Positions 50,998 through 63,021 of a stretch of DNA of 64,000 nt are shown one piece after another. The position numbers were made by a program, and so were the translations under genes. The stretch covers positions 1,600,001 through 1,664,000 of the forward strand of contig OZ253470.1 of NCBI GenBank assembly GCA_965261735.1. The letters run 5' to 3'. Source of the stretch: Alphaproteobacteria bacterium (GTDB lineage: Bacteria > Pseudomonadota > Alphaproteobacteria > SHVV01). The first letter of the stretch is position 1; every line of letters starts with the position of its first letter. The notes beneath the pieces are model-generated. The model worked only from the letters and a program-made list of their open reading frames with translations, had not been told where the DNA came from and searched no databases.

Positions 50998-52224
50998 ATG
51001 CTCCCTCCCCCGTCAAGGAGCAATGCCGTGGCAAACCGCATCCCCCGTATCACCAAGCGCTCCGTCGATGCCATAAAGGTCGGTGGGACGGATACGGTCT
51101 ATTGGGATGGAGAACTCACAGGCTTCGGCCTGCGTGTTCGGCGCTCGGGACGCAAGAGCTACGTCGTCCAGACCCGCATTGCCCGGAAACTGTGCTGGTT
51201 CACCATCGGCCCTCACGGACCGCTGAACCCGGATCAGGCGCGTGCCCGTGCGCTGGAGATATTGGCTTGTGCGAAGAAAGGCATCGATCCACGCGACGCA
51301 AACGCCCGACGCGAGGCCGAGCCGAGCATGGCTGATCTCGGGCGCAGGTTCCTGGAGGAATATGTCCCGGTCCATTGCAAGCCGAGCACCCGGGAAGAGT
51401 ACCGCCGTTCGGTGAGGCTGTTTGTCGACCCCGTGATCGGGGAGTTGCGGGTTCCAGAGGTGCAGCGCAAGAACATTGCCGCACTGCATCACGGCCTGCG
51501 GGACAAGCCCTATCAGGCCAACCGGACGCTCGGGGTGCTGTCCAAGATGTTTTCCCTTGCCGAAGTCTGGGGCTGGCGCCCCGACGGCTCCAATCCTTGC
51601 CGGCATGTCAAGCGCTACAAGGAGCATAAGCGGGAGCGGTTCCTGTCGCCGGAAGAGACCGAGCGGCTGGGCCAGATCCTGCGTGAGGCCGAGGAAGAGA
51701 TGCCCTCGGCCGTGGCCGCCTTCCGCCTGCTTCTGCTAACCGGCTGCCGGATGTCGGAGATACGGGATCTCCGCTGGGACTATGTGAAGGACGACTGTAT
51801 CGAGCTTCCCGATGCCAAGACCGGCGGACGGGTGGTGCCGCTCGGTCCCGAGGCCCGCACGGTGTTGTCAGCCATTTCCCGTGACGAGGACAATCCCTGG
51901 GTCATCGCGGGCCGCCTCCCCGGCTCTCACCTCACCGATCTGCAACGCCCTTGGCGGCGCATCCGCAAGCAGGCGGGCCTTGAGGACGTGCGGATCCACG
52001 ACTTGCGCCACAGCTTTGCCTCGCGCGCGCTGGCTCTCGGCGAAAGCTTGACTATGATTGGGAAACTGCTCGGGCACACCCAGGTGCAAACGACGGCCCG
52101 CTATGCCCATCTCGCCCGTGACTCTATCCAGACCGCCGCCGCCCGCATCACTGAAAGCATCGGGGGGAACCTATTGGGCGAGCGAGAAGATGATATTGCT
52201 CAGCCTGCACACTCAAGAAATTGA
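50998..52224 (+). CDS. int: Tyrosine integrase with arm-binding domain
   Basis: ITKRSVDA, WDGELTGFGLRV, LTGCRMSEI, DAKTG, IHDLRHSFAS, LGHTQVQTTARYAHL; GTG 51028 is an alternative start. Confidence 0.93.
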   Translation: MLPPPSRSNAVANRIPRITKRSVDAIKVGGTDTVYWDGELTGFGLRVRRSGRKSYVVQTRIARKLCWFTIGPHGPLNPDQARARALEILACAKKGIDPRDANARREAEPSMADLGRRFLEEYVPVHCKPSTREEYRRSVRLFVDPVIGELRVPEVQRKNIAALHHGLRDKPYQANRTLGVLSKMFSLAEVWGWRPDGSNPCRHVKRYKEHKRERFLSPEETERLGQILREAEEEMPSAVAAFRLLLLTGCRMSEIRDLRWDYVKDDCIELPDAKTGGRVVPLGPEARTVLSAISRDEDNPWVIAGRLPGSHLTDLQRPWRRIRKQAGLEDVRIHDLRHSFASRALALGESLTMIGKLLGHTQVQTTARYAHLARDSIQTAAARITESIGGNLLGEREDDIAQPAHSRN

Positions 52225-52293
52225 CGCTATTGATCGATAGGCGATAACTTGGGCGCATAGCCGCGTATGCACCTGTGCCGGGAGATTTAACCC

Positions 52294-52530
52294 ATGACCC
52301 GATGGAACCTTTCCATCCCTGAAAAAACAGACAGAGTGGTCCGCACTTTTCTTGCCCGCACCGGCGGCAAGAAGGGCGACCTGTCCCGGTTCGTCGATGA
52401 AGCCGTGCGCCGTCGCGTGCTGGATCTCACCGTTCGCCAAGTCAAGGATCGCAATAACGGAAATGGCCAACAGGAGATACTCGACCTGATCGACGATGAG
52501 GTGGACGCCGCACGTGCGGGTGGTTCTTGA
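52294..52530 (+). CDS. Ribbon-helix-helix antitoxin
   Basis: TRWNLSIPEKTDRVVRTFLA...KGDLSRFVDEAV; overlaps the PIN gene. Confidence 0.8.
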   Translation: MTRWNLSIPEKTDRVVRTFLARTGGKKGDLSRFVDEAVRRRVLDLTVRQVKDRNNGNGQQEILDLIDDEVDAARAGGS

Positions 52531-52930
52531 TACCAACATCTTGATCGGCGCCCTTATCACCAAAGGCACTCCGCCGGACAGGCTGTATCAGGCATGGCTG
52601 CGCGGCGAAATCGAGCTTGTAACGTCCACCACGCAAATAGCTGAGATGGCCGATGTTCTCGCCCGGCCCCGTTTGCAGAGGTTTCTCGACGCGGATGAAG
52701 CCAAGGCCATTGTCGAGATCATCGGCACGCGCGCTCTCATCCTCGACGAGCCGCCCGCTGTGAATCTATCCCCCGATCCAAAGGACAACCCGATCTTGGC
52801 TGCGGCAATCGCCGGGAAGGCCGACTTGATCGTCTCCGGTGACAAGAAACATATGCTCGCACTCGGAACGGTCGAAGGCGTTCCTGTCGTAACCGCCCGC
52901 GAAGCAATGGGACGTCTCAGCAATGCATAA
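52514..52930 (+). CDS. PIN-domain toxin
   Basis: RVVLDTNILI, AEMADVL, DPKDNPIL, IVSGDKKH. Confidence 0.9.
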   Translation: MRVVLDTNILIGALITKGTPPDRLYQAWLRGEIELVTSTTQIAEMADVLARPRLQRFLDADEAKAIVEIIGTRALILDEPPAVNLSPDPKDNPILAAAIAGKADLIVSGDKKHMLALGTVEGVPVVTAREAMGRLSNA

Positions 52931-53064
52931 TGCGGAAACACCAATAACCGCTTGTCAGGACCGACTTCACCACTCCAAGGCTGCGGTTAGCCGGCTGCGC
53001 AGCGCGTCGCTGTATTGGTGTTCGCGTGACAGTCCTGACCTTCGGCGGCTGCCAGGCGCGGAGG

Positions 53065-53835
53065 TCAACGCAGTCGGTTCTCGCCCCAGCCGCCCGACCG
53101 GGCCTTGGCGATGAGTTCCTTTAGGCGGACGCCGTCGACGGCGCCTGGCACCAGGCTGTCGCCGATCACGAAGGCAGGAGTCCCGCGGATGCCGAGGACC
53201 TGGGCCAGGCGGATCGTTTCGTCGAGGTAGTTCTCGATGGCGGGATCTTCCATGTCGCGGCGAAGGCGTTGGACGTCGAGACCGACGCTGCCGGCAATGG
53301 CCATGACCCTGTCTTCCGTCAGCTTTCCGCGCGAGCCCATGACGGCGACATGGAATTCGAGGTACCGGCCCTGCTGCTCGGAGGCCATCGCCGCCCGGGC
53401 CGCGAACCGCGAGACCGGACCGAGGATGGGAAACTCCTTCCAGACGACGCGCAGCTGCCTGTCGGTCTCCAGCAGGTCCCTCACGGGCTTCAGCGACCGT
53501 TTGCAATAGCCGCACTGGTAGTCAAAGAACTCGACGAGGGTGACATCGCCCTTCGGGTTGCCCGAGACCGGCGACATCGGGTGGGACCGCAACGCCTTGT
53601 CGTGCTCGCGGAGCGCGGCGCGGACGCGGTCCTGCTCCCGCGATCCCCGCTTCGCCTGCAGAACCTGGATGGCTTCTTCGATGACTTCGGGATGTTCGAG
53701 CAGATATTCCCTGACGATCTTGCGGACCGCCTCCCTGTCGAGGTTCGGGGTAGCTGGAGACTCTGCGCGGCTGTCCGGGATGAATGCCGCAGCGGCGGCG
53801 ATCGCCAGCAGCGGCAGCAATATCCTGACTGTCAT
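53065..53835 (-). CDS. DsbA-family (ScsC/Com1-like) thiol-disulfide oxidoreductase
   Basis: Signal peptide, VREYLLEHPEVI, EFFDYQCGYCK, KEFPILG, GTPAF. Confidence 0.92.
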   Translation of the reverse strand: MTVRILLPLLAIAAAAAFIPDSRAESPATPNLDREAVRKIVREYLLEHPEVIEEAIQVLQAKRGSREQDRVRAALREHDKALRSHPMSPVSGNPKGDVTLVEFFDYQCGYCKRSLKPVRDLLETDRQLRVVWKEFPILGPVSRFAARAAMASEQQGRYLEFHVAVMGSRGKLTEDRVMAIAGSVGLDVQRLRRDMEDPAIENYLDETIRLAQVLGIRGTPAFVIGDSLVPGAVDGVRLKELIAKARSGGWGENRLR

Positions 53836-53846
53836 GAATGGCGCTC

Positions 53847-54880
53847 CTAGTGGATCGACTCTAACACTTGATGCCCTCGTTTGACGGCGGCGATGATTTT
53901 GTCTGGATCGGCGGTCCAGGTGAAGGGCTTTGGGTTGTCGTTGGTCTCGTCGAGGAAGCGGTTGATGGCGACCTGGAGGTCGACAATGGAGCGGAAGACG
54001 CCGCGTTTCAGGCGCCGCTTCGAGAGCTTCGCGAAGAAGCCCTCGACGGCATTGAGCCAGGAGCAGGAGGTCGGCACGAAGTGGAAGGTGAAGCGCTCGT
54101 GGCGGCCGAGCCAGGCGCGCACCTTGGCATGCTTGTGGGCGGCGTAGTTGTCGAGGATCACATGGACGCCCTTGCCGGCCGGGATATCGGCCTCGATGGC
54201 GTTGAGGAAGCGGATGAACTCCTGGTGGCGGTGGCGCTGCATGCAGCGCCCGATGACCTTGCCCTCGAGCACGTTGAGGGCGGCGAACAGGGTGGTCGTG
54301 CCATGCCGCTTGCAGTCGTGGGTCATGGTGCCAAGACGGCCCTTTTTCATCGGCAGGCCGGGCTGGGTGCGGTCGAGCGCCTGGATCTGCGACTTTTCGT
54401 CGACCGAGAGCACGATGGCGTGGGCTGGCGGGTCGACGTAGAGCCCGACCACATCGCGCAGTTTGGCGACGAAGTCGGGATCGTTCGAAAGCTCGAATTG
54501 CCGCACCCGATGGGGCCGAAGCCCGTGTGCGCGCCAGATGCGCCGCACCGAGCTGACGCTGATGCCGGTCGCCTTGTCCATCATGGCGGCGACCCAGTGG
54601 GTCGCCTCGGCGGGCGGGTCGCTCAGCGTCAGGGCGACCACCCGCTCGACCACCTCCGGGCCGAGCGGCGGGATGCGCGATGGCCGTGTCTTGTCGCGCA
54701 GCAGACCGTCGTAGCCCTCTTGGGCGAAGCGCTCCTGCCAGCGCCAGACGCAGGTCTTCGACTTGCCGGTCCGGCGCATGATCCCATTGGTGCCGATGCC
54801 ATCAGCGCTGTGCAGTACGATCCGTGCGCGCCAAACATGCTTCTGGGCGACGTTGCGGTCCTCGACGAGCGCCTCCAGAC
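53847..54880 (-). mobile_element. IS630-family element, 5'-damaged
   Basis: Homolog of the 27345-28427 transposase; ends ATCCACTAG; N-terminus (PQKHVWRARIVL) out of frame and left end missing. Confidence 0.88.
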
Positions 54881-55133
54881 GACGAAGCGCACGATGCGTA
54901 CGAAGCCAGATTAGGCCGCGAGCATGGCAGGAACATCCGCGGTGATGCTGTTGGCGAGTTCCTCCAGATCGAACGGGCAGGCGTCGGCGATGTCCTGGGC
55001 GCGCGCGGACGGCCTATCGCAAGCAATGTTGCAGACGGGCTAAGTTGTCGGGCTGCCGGGACAGATCCAAGGGCAATCCGGAGCGGTGTGCAAGATCGAT
55101 CCCCTGATTGTGCTGGGGCCAGGAATTGGCGGC

Positions 55134-55568
55134 TTACTTGCCGCCTTTCAGCAGGGATAGGCCCATCACACCTGAAAGCAGTGGCAGGGCGGCGTCTATG
55201 AAGGCCCACACAAGGGAGACCGCATCTGTCCCCACTGCGGTAAAACCCGGACTCAACGAACTGAACCAGTTCCAAAAGAACAGGATGCCCACAAACAGGA
55301 AGCCGTAGAACAGCGTGTTGGCCGACAGAAACTCGCGGGTAATCGGCGCCCCGCCGCCCTCCTGGTCCACACCTCTCTTGCGGATATAGCCGAAGATCAC
55401 ACCCAGCACGACCGCCAACGCCATGAATGGGTTGATGATGCTCCAAATAGGGTTGTGCGGACTGGCTTCGCTGGGAGCGTCATACAGCGGCTGGGCAATC
55501 ATATGGACTGCGACCACGGCCCCGATGACAATGAGCACTACGCCGACGATACGTCGAATCATATCCAT
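55134..55568 (-). CDS. Four-helix membrane protein of unknown function
   Basis: Four hydrophobic segments, AAGG RBS. Confidence 0.75.
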   Translation of the reverse strand: MDMIRRIVGVVLIVIGAVVAVHMIAQPLYDAPSEASPHNPIWSIINPFMALAVVLGVIFGYIRKRGVDQEGGGAPITREFLSANTLFYGFLFVGILFFWNWFSSLSPGFTAVGTDAVSLVWAFIDAALPLLSGVMGLSLLKGGK

Positions 55569-55638
55569 AACCTTATTCCCCGCTCGTTATCTCCAATTCT
55601 GCATCTCCTGTTGCTCCATGTCGATGCTGTCTGACGTT

Positions 55639-56441
55639 GGCATTGACGCGTTAATTCGGTGGCCGGATCGGGCAGGGGCCGCTACCGTCGGCGTATGACG
55701 CCAATTTCTTTCAAGCGACATCGTTTTTCGCCAGAGATCATCCAGCATGCGGTCTGGCTCTATGCTCGGTTCACGCTGTCATTTCGCGATGTCGAGGACC
55801 TGCTGGCCGAGCGCGGTATCGATGTCTCGAACGAGACGGTGCGACGCTGGTTTCTGAAATTCGGGCGCCTGATCTCAGGCAATCTTCGCCGCAGCCGTCC
55901 ACGTGCCAGTGCTCGTTGGCACCTTGACGAAATGGTCATCAGGATCCGCGGCCGAAGACATTGGCTGTGGCGGGCGGTCGACGACGAAGGTGAAGTTCTC
56001 GACTTCCTGGTCCAGCCACGACGCTGCGCCCGATCGGCGCAGAGGTTGCTGCGGAAGCTGCTGAAGAAGCAGGGCTTTGCGCCGAAGCGTATTACCACGG
56101 ACAAGCTCAAATCCTACGCTGTTGCGATCCGCAAAGAGCGACTTACCGCTATTCACGATCAGGGATTGCGGGCGAACAATCGAGCCGAGAATTCACACCA
56201 GCCGGTACGTCGACGCGAACGAAAACAAAAGCGGTTCAATTCACCGGGATCCGCCCAACGGTTCCTTTCAATCCACGCCGCCGTCTACAACGCTTTCTAC
56301 GTCCAGCGCCATCTTTTACCCCGCCGCATTTTCAAGGCGTTTCGAGCCGAGACGTTCGCTGTCTGGAATCAAGGCTGGTGTGCTGCCTGATCCAGATCAC
56401 GATCCAATCGTGCCGAACGCGGCAGCTAACGTGTCAATGCC
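55639..56441 (+). mobile_element. IS6-family element (transposase 55695-56390)
   Basis: IR GGCATTGAC(G/A)CGTTA; FKRHRF...WHLDE...TTDKLKSY...NNRAENSH; no TSD. Confidence 0.93.
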
Positions 56442-57559
56442 CTGCATGCCCCAGCCACGGACGATCATGGCGCCGGCGCGCAGGCGCTTTCCGACTATAT
56501 CGATGCCCTGCGGCAAATCCTGACGCGGGAGATGGTCGAACTCGGCATTGAGAAGCTGCCGACGCAGGCCGCAGCCGAAACCGCATTGCGGGACACGGTA
56601 GAGCATGCCGACGAGGCGCGCGGCGCTGTAAATAGCGCGCGAGCTGCGCTTGGCGGTCCGGAGAACCTTTTAAGCCGGCTCCAAACCGAACTTGGCACCG
56701 TCAAGGCGCGGTATGACGACAGCAAGGAGGGGTTGGAAAAGCGCCCGAGTCAGCTTGCGGACGCCAAAAAGGCATTCTCTGACGATGAGCTTCAGGCAAG
56801 GATAGATGCCGCGCAGGCCGAATTGTCTGGGCAGGGATCGGCCGTCGCCAATCTGGAGGCGCAGCGCACGGACGAGACAATCCCGCAACTGGAGGCCCGC
56901 ATCGCCCGTCTTGACAAGGCCATACAGGACAGGCGCGAAAAGCGCGGTAATCTCAAGGAGAAGATCGCCGGGCTCCGGTCGCATGTGGAAGCGCTGGAAG
57001 GCGCCGGCTTTGATGAGGCCATTCAGCAAAAAAAGCGCGTGAGCTGGAATTCAGCGAGGAAGAACGTCGCCGCTCAGCGCGCGAGGCGCAAGTTCTCAGC
57101 CTCTTGCTGTCAACGTTGCGTGCTGCCGAGCAGGACGCCAAGGAACGGTATCTATCGCCGGTACTCAAGCGCGTCCGGCCGTATTTGCAGCTCCTGTTTC
57201 CGGGCGCGGAAATCACGATCGATGAAAACCTGCACATCGTCGGCGTGGTCAGGGAGGCGGGCTACGAGGAAGCCTTTCATCATCTCAGCATGGGAACCCA
57301 GGAACAGATCGCCGTTCTGATCCGGCTCGCCTTTGAGGAAATGCTGGTCGAACAGGGTCATCCGGCGACAGTGATACTCGATGATGCGCTTGTGTTTTCG
57401 GACGACCGGCGGATGAGCCGCATGTTCGACATCCTCAATATGGCGGCCCGGAACGCCCAGGTGGTTATTTTTACGTGCAGGGAGCAACTGTTCGAAGAGC
57501 TTGGTGGCCGCCAGTTGTCGTTGCAGCCTGGAAGCAGCGAAGAACTGGTATCGGCATGA
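56442..57559 (+). pseudogene. YhaN/Rad50-like coiled-coil ATPase C-terminal part
   Basis: Coiled coil, LSMGTQEQIAVLIRLA signature, ILDDALVFSDDRR, QVVIFTC; frameshift in A7 at 57028-57034; 5' end cut by IS6. Confidence 0.82.
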
Positions 57560-57644
57560 TCATGAAAGGGGGGTATTGAGTCATGAAGAATACTTCAGCC
57601 ATTACCCCAGGCCTGATTTTTTGTCGTCGAATTATGCACCGCAC

Positions 57645-60355
57645 ATGGGGAGCGAACTGATGACATTTGAACAATTGCTTGAATGGACGTCCAACCGGCC
57701 CGAATGGCAGCAGGATGCCTTGCGCCGGTTCGCCCAATCCGGCGAACTCACAGAAGATGACCTCTCGGAATTGCGGCTTCAGATCGAGAATTCTGCCGGG
57801 TTGCCTGTTGATAACGTGCCGGCGCCGATCCCCCTTGCAGCAGAACATTTAAGCGAGGCGGCGAGCAATCAGCCAAAAACCGTACTCGCCTCACTCGGCC
57901 CTGTTCAACGTGTTGATCGTCTTGCCGGCGACCAGCCCCCGCTGCGTTTCGCCGTTAACGGCGTCACACTTATCTACGGCGCCAATGCTTCCGGAAAGAG
58001 CGGGTACTGCCGTATCACGAAGCAGTTGTGCCGTTCACTGAGTCCCGGCGAACTCCGCGGCAATGTTTATGACGAGAACCAGGGCGAACCGCCTGAAATC
58101 GCAGTGGCATTCCGCGTCGGAGATGATGATCAGCCAAAGCAGGACAGGATTTGGGCGGGTGATGCGAAGGCCCCGGCAGAACTTGCCCGTATTTCTGTTT
58201 TCGACACGGCGAGCGCCAGAGTCTATGTAGACAAGGAACGGAAGATCGAGTTTCTGCCATATGAACTCGACCTGTTGAACAAGCTCGGGCTTGGGTGCCG
58301 CGCCCTCGATCAAGGATTCAGAGAGCGGGAGGCGGCGGTAAATGCCGCTTTCAACACGCCCTTGCCAACCGGCTATACGGAAGGAACGACCGTTTACGCG
58401 GCCATTGCCAAGCTCGTTACAGCGACCGCTCTCGACCAGCTTCCAAGCGAACAGGAGTTGCGTACGCTCGGGACATGGACGGAAGAAAAACAGGCCGAAC
58501 TCGACCGCGTAGCGGAAACGCTTAGCAATGACCCGGCGGCCTTGATGCGGCTGCGGACTACCGCGAAACAAGCACTTGAAACGATCAAAGAAGAAGTCTC
58601 AAAAGCCGCCAATAATATTGGCGATCTCGCCATTCTAAATATCCGTAATAAACAGCAGAACGCGCAAACAAAGGCGACGGCCGCCGAAGCAGCGGCACGA
58701 GACATGTTTCGCGATCAGCCGATTCCCGAACTGGGATCGGAAGTCTGGCGGCAGTTGCTGTTATATGCGCGCGATTTCGCAACATCCGTCTTTACCGATA
58801 AGGAACCGCCACAGCTTGCCACCGGTGGTATTTGCGTTCTGTGCCAGCAAGATTTGGACGAGGAAGCCGTCCAGCGTATGACAGCGTTCGATGGCTACAT
58901 TGCAGGACGCGCAGCAGAAGAAAGCGCCGCCGCCACACGCATCTTCGAGGATCTTCGAGGGACGGTTTTAGCACTCGCCCTAAGAGGGAAACGTGAGGTA
59001 GACACGCTGCTCGCCGGATACGCGGCCTTTAGCGATGCCACAAAGCAAAACGTGACCGTTATCTCAGCCTTTAACGAAAAGGCCGGGGAAAGGCTGGAAA
59101 CGGTCAAACGTATCCTAAGGGACAACACCTATGACGGGCTAGACGCTCTGGAGCCGTTGTCCGCTTCCCCGACGCAGCTCATTGATGATGAAATCGTCCG
59201 CCTTGAGCAGGAAATAGCCGAACTGAAAGACGTCGAGGGGACGAAAATGCGATCGCCGCGCTCAGGGTGCGGCACGCCGAACTGTCCGACCAGAAGCGCC
59301 TGAGCGAAGAGATCGAAATCATTGCTGAACGGCGGAACAAGCTTGAAGAGCGCCATCGCTTGGTTACATGTCGCAGTGAATGCCGGCTTACGGCAATCAC
59401 CCGCCGTATCACCGACCGGCGACGCGAAATCCTCACCCCCGCACTCAAAACCGCATTAAATGACGAGTTGAAGACGCTGCGGCTCACGCATATTCCGCTC
59501 AATCTGGCGGATCGCGGCGATGCCGCCGAAAGCGTCGTCGAAGTCGCCCTGACCGCGCAGCAGCGCATTGCCAATAACAGCGACGTGCTGAGCGAAGGGG
59601 AGCAGCGTGCCTTGGCGCTCGCCTGTTTTCTGGCCGAGTTAGGGGAACTCGGCCGCGATCACGGGATCATTGTCGATGATCCCGTTTCTTCCCTGGACCA
59701 TGGGCGCATGCAGGCTGTTGCCGAACGGCTGGCCGAAGAGGCAGCGAAGGGGCGGCAGGTCATTGTGCTCACGCACAACATTCTTTTTCACCACATGCTG
59801 CGGACGGAAACTCGGCGCGCCCGTATTGCCTGTCACACCGAATGGATGAGCAGTTTGGGCAATGACCAGTTTGGTATTATTGACGACTCACGCAAACCGC
59901 GTCAGATGAAAAGCGTTCCTGAGCGGCTACAGGAGATCGACCGGGACCTTCAGGCATTGATCGATGCCGGATACGACCATGCCGACGAAAATTTTCGTTC
60001 GCCTGTTGTCGCCCTCTATACGCAAATGCGGGACACATGGGAGCGCGTCGTTGAAGATATCCTGTTCAATCGGGTTGTTCAGCGCTTTCGCCCGGAGATC
60101 ATGACGCAGCGCCTCGAAGAAGCCTGCATCGATCCCGAAAACGACTATCCGGCTCTCTTTGAGGGCATGAAGCGCTGTTCTCACTATTCGGCCCATGATC
60201 CGGCGGAAGACTTGCCGCCCGAACTACCCGAGCCGGAACATGTGCGTCGTGACTTTGACGAACTGAAGAGGTTTTTCGACGCGGCGAACGTGCGCCGGAG
60301 AAAGCTGAGAAAAGCACGGCCATATGAGGAAGGCCTGGAACCGGTACTCCTTTAG
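57645..60355 (+). pseudogene. RloC-like/AAA_13 zinc-hook ABC ATPase, one frameshift at ~59240
   Basis: YGANASGKS, CVLCQQ hook, LSEGEQRALAL, VDDPVSSLD, QVIVLTH, C-terminal RCSHYSAHD. Confidence 0.78.
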
Positions 60356-60365
60356 GCGCGACAGA

Positions 60366-61875
60366 TGTCCGTCATCAAAACAAATGGGACTGTTGAGCGT
60401 GTTTCATAAGGGAGGATCTGGCTCATCTTTGTTTGATGTTAAGCCGCTTGGCTTTGATGGTTCAAGCGGCGGTTTTGTGTGTTCAGTTTTTTGATCTTTT
60501 TTCTCTTTTCGATGATGGCGGTGTAGCGTCCAAAGTAGGCGTCGGCTGGAGTTACGTTGCCGACGCTCTCGTGGTAGCGTTGGTTGTTGTAGTGATCGAC
60601 GAAGGCGCTGATCTGGTTTTCGAGATCGCCGGGTAGATAATAATTTTCAAGCAGGATCCGGTTCTTCAGCGTTTGATGCCAGCGCTCGATCTTGCCCTGG
60701 GTTTGCGGGTGATACGGTGCGCCCCGAACGTGATCCATACCGTGGTCCTCGAGCCATTCCGCGAGATCACCGGAGATATAGGACGAGCCGTTGTCGCTGA
60801 GCAGCCTCGGCTTGTGGACGACATTGGCGCGATTGCAGCCTGAGCTTCTAGCGCCAACTTCAGTGTTGCCGTCACATCGTCCGCCGTCATGTTGGTGCAG
60901 AGCTTCCAAGCAATGATGTAGCGGGAATAGTCGTCCAGGATGGTCGACAGATAAAACCAGCCCCAGCCGATGACCTTGAGATAGGTGAAGTCGGTCTGCC
61001 ACAGCTGGTTCGGCGCCGTGGTCTTGTCGCGGAACTCATCGGCTGCCTTGATGACCACGAAAGCGGGGCTGGTGATCAGGTCGTGGGCCTTGAGAAGCCG
61101 GTAAACCGAGGCTTCCGAGACAAAATAGCCCCTGGTGTCCGTAAACCTGACGGCCAGTTCCCGGGGCGACAGTTGCGTCTCCTCCAGGGCAAGATCGATG
61201 ATCTGCCCCCGGACATCATCCGGGATACGGTTCCACACCCGGCCTGGGCTGCTGTTGCGATCCTTAAGACCGGCGTCGCCAAAGGCCAGAAAGCGATCGT
61301 ACCAGCGATAAAAGGTGGTCTTCGGAATGCCCAGCTTGTCCAAAGTGGACCCGACGCCCAGGTGGGACTGCTCGACCAGGCGGATGATCTCCAGCTTCTC
61401 GGATGCGGGATACCTCATTCCTCGTCTCCCCCATCCGCGATCATGCTTTTTTTGAAAAGCCGGTTCTCAAGCGAAAGTTCGGCGACCAACTCCTTCAAGT
61501 CGCGCATCTCCTGGCGCAGAACTTTAACCTCGCCCGAGGTCGCTTGGCGCCCGGTGTCGCCGGCGAGCTGCTTCTTGCCCGCTTCCAAAAACTCTTTCGA
61601 CCAGCTGTAATACAGACCCTCGGCGATGCCCTCGCGGCGGCACAAGGCGGCGATGCTCTCCTCGCCGCGCAGGCCGACACCACGATCCGGATCTTCTCCT
61701 CAGCCGTATACTGCTTGCGTGTCTTGCGGCGAATATCCCGAACCGTTCCCTCCGTCGGGTCGTACTTGCTCATTGATTTCTGTCTCATCTTCGTTCCCTT
61801 CGGTCACTACGATGAGCCAGAAATCCTCCGTCATGCACTTACCTCAATTTGTCCCAAAGGCGCTGATGTTAGACA
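60366..61875 (-). mobile_element. IS3-family element copy 2, inverted, frameshifted
   Basis: Near-identical reverse complement of 48831-50341; 1-bp losses near 60845 and 61672. Confidence 0.93.
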
Positions 61876-62122
61876 CTACCTGTACCAACTCTATGCGTAT
61901 TTACGATCACAAGTTGGGCGCGGAGATACATTCGCGGACAATGGCGAAGGCCTGCTCTTACATCCGTCAGCCGGCGAATGTGTCGACGAAGCAGTTGTTA
62001 TCCAGGGGCATCGGATCCGGTTCGCCACCGTCGACTTAATGTCGTCCATATTGACTATTCGAACTCAGCTCCTCGCATTGGTCCAACCATCGCCACCCGC
62101 TGCCATGATCGATCCCCATTAA
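61876..62122 (+). pseudogene. mcrC: McrC-like restriction component C-terminal remnant
   Basis: YLYQLYAYL...GLLLHP...IQGHRIRFATVDL. Confidence 0.75.
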
Positions 62123-62187
62123 TCCTCCCTCCCACAGAATGCGCATGAACAACCCAAAGCCGCGCGTCGTCGGGGTGTGAAAATGCA

Positions 62188-62817
62188 TCACAGAGCGTTT
62201 TCCAGAATCAACGCGGCCGCGAACGCCATCAGGATTACGCCGGTGACCCACGACAGGATGCGCTGGATGCGCGGAACGGCGAGCCACTGGCGTGCGGCTT
62301 CGGCGCCCAGCGCAAGCGCCCCTTGCCAAATCGCACTGACCACGATCAGAGCAAGACCCAGCGTCGCGAACTGCAGCGAAACATCACCAGCCTCAGGCAC
62401 CACAAAATTCGGCATCATCGCGAGAAACAGAAATATCACTTTTGGATTGAGCACGTTGGTGATTGCTGCGTCGCGCAGCCCTTTGGCAGAACTCACGACC
62501 AAGCCGTCCATGTTATCGAGCGATACGACACCGGCACGAATGCTTTGAAATCCCAGCCATGCCAGATAAAGGGCGCCAACGATCGCAATCGCGCCATACA
62601 GAACGGGCACCGTGACGATGATCAAGGACAGACCGACGACGGCCGCGGTCGTGTGGATGACCAACCCCAACTGCACCCCCGTCACCGTCGCCAACCCGAC
62701 ACGACGGCCGGAAGCCAGCGTGTAGCGGAGGATTAACAGGGTGTCGGGCCCAGGAGAAATCACGACGACAAGTGCGGCGCCGATAAACGCGATAAAGGCG
62801 CTCACGTCGACGGGCAT
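62188..62817 (-). CDS. LysE/RhtB-family translocator
   Basis: ISPGPDTLLIL, GALYLAWLG, TNVLNPKVIFLF. Confidence 0.92.
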   Translation of the reverse strand: MPVDVSAFIAFIGAALVVVISPGPDTLLILRYTLASGRRVGLATVTGVQLGLVIHTTAAVVGLSLIIVTVPVLYGAIAIVGALYLAWLGFQSIRAGVVSLDNMDGLVVSSAKGLRDAAITNVLNPKVIFLFLAMMPNFVVPEAGDVSLQFATLGLALIVVSAIWQGALALGAEAARQWLAVPRIQRILSWVTGVILMAFAAALILENAL

Positions 62818-63021
62818 TTCAGCCCTAACATTCCCCAGATGGCGATCATATCGTAGACAATCGAAGACACCCCCCATCACCGATGGAAGAAGTTTTGTTT
62901 TGCGGCCATCCGACAGCCCAGATTTGATGATTTGGCCATCGTTGGAAGCCTATTTGACCAATTTTCTTGTCATCCGGACACACCTTTCCCGTCGATTTCA
63001 CCGCGTCGTTGATTCCTCGGC

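Noticed and set aside
54900-55130. Possible DUF29-like tail (IADACPFDLEEL)
   Set aside because: Too short to support a family call
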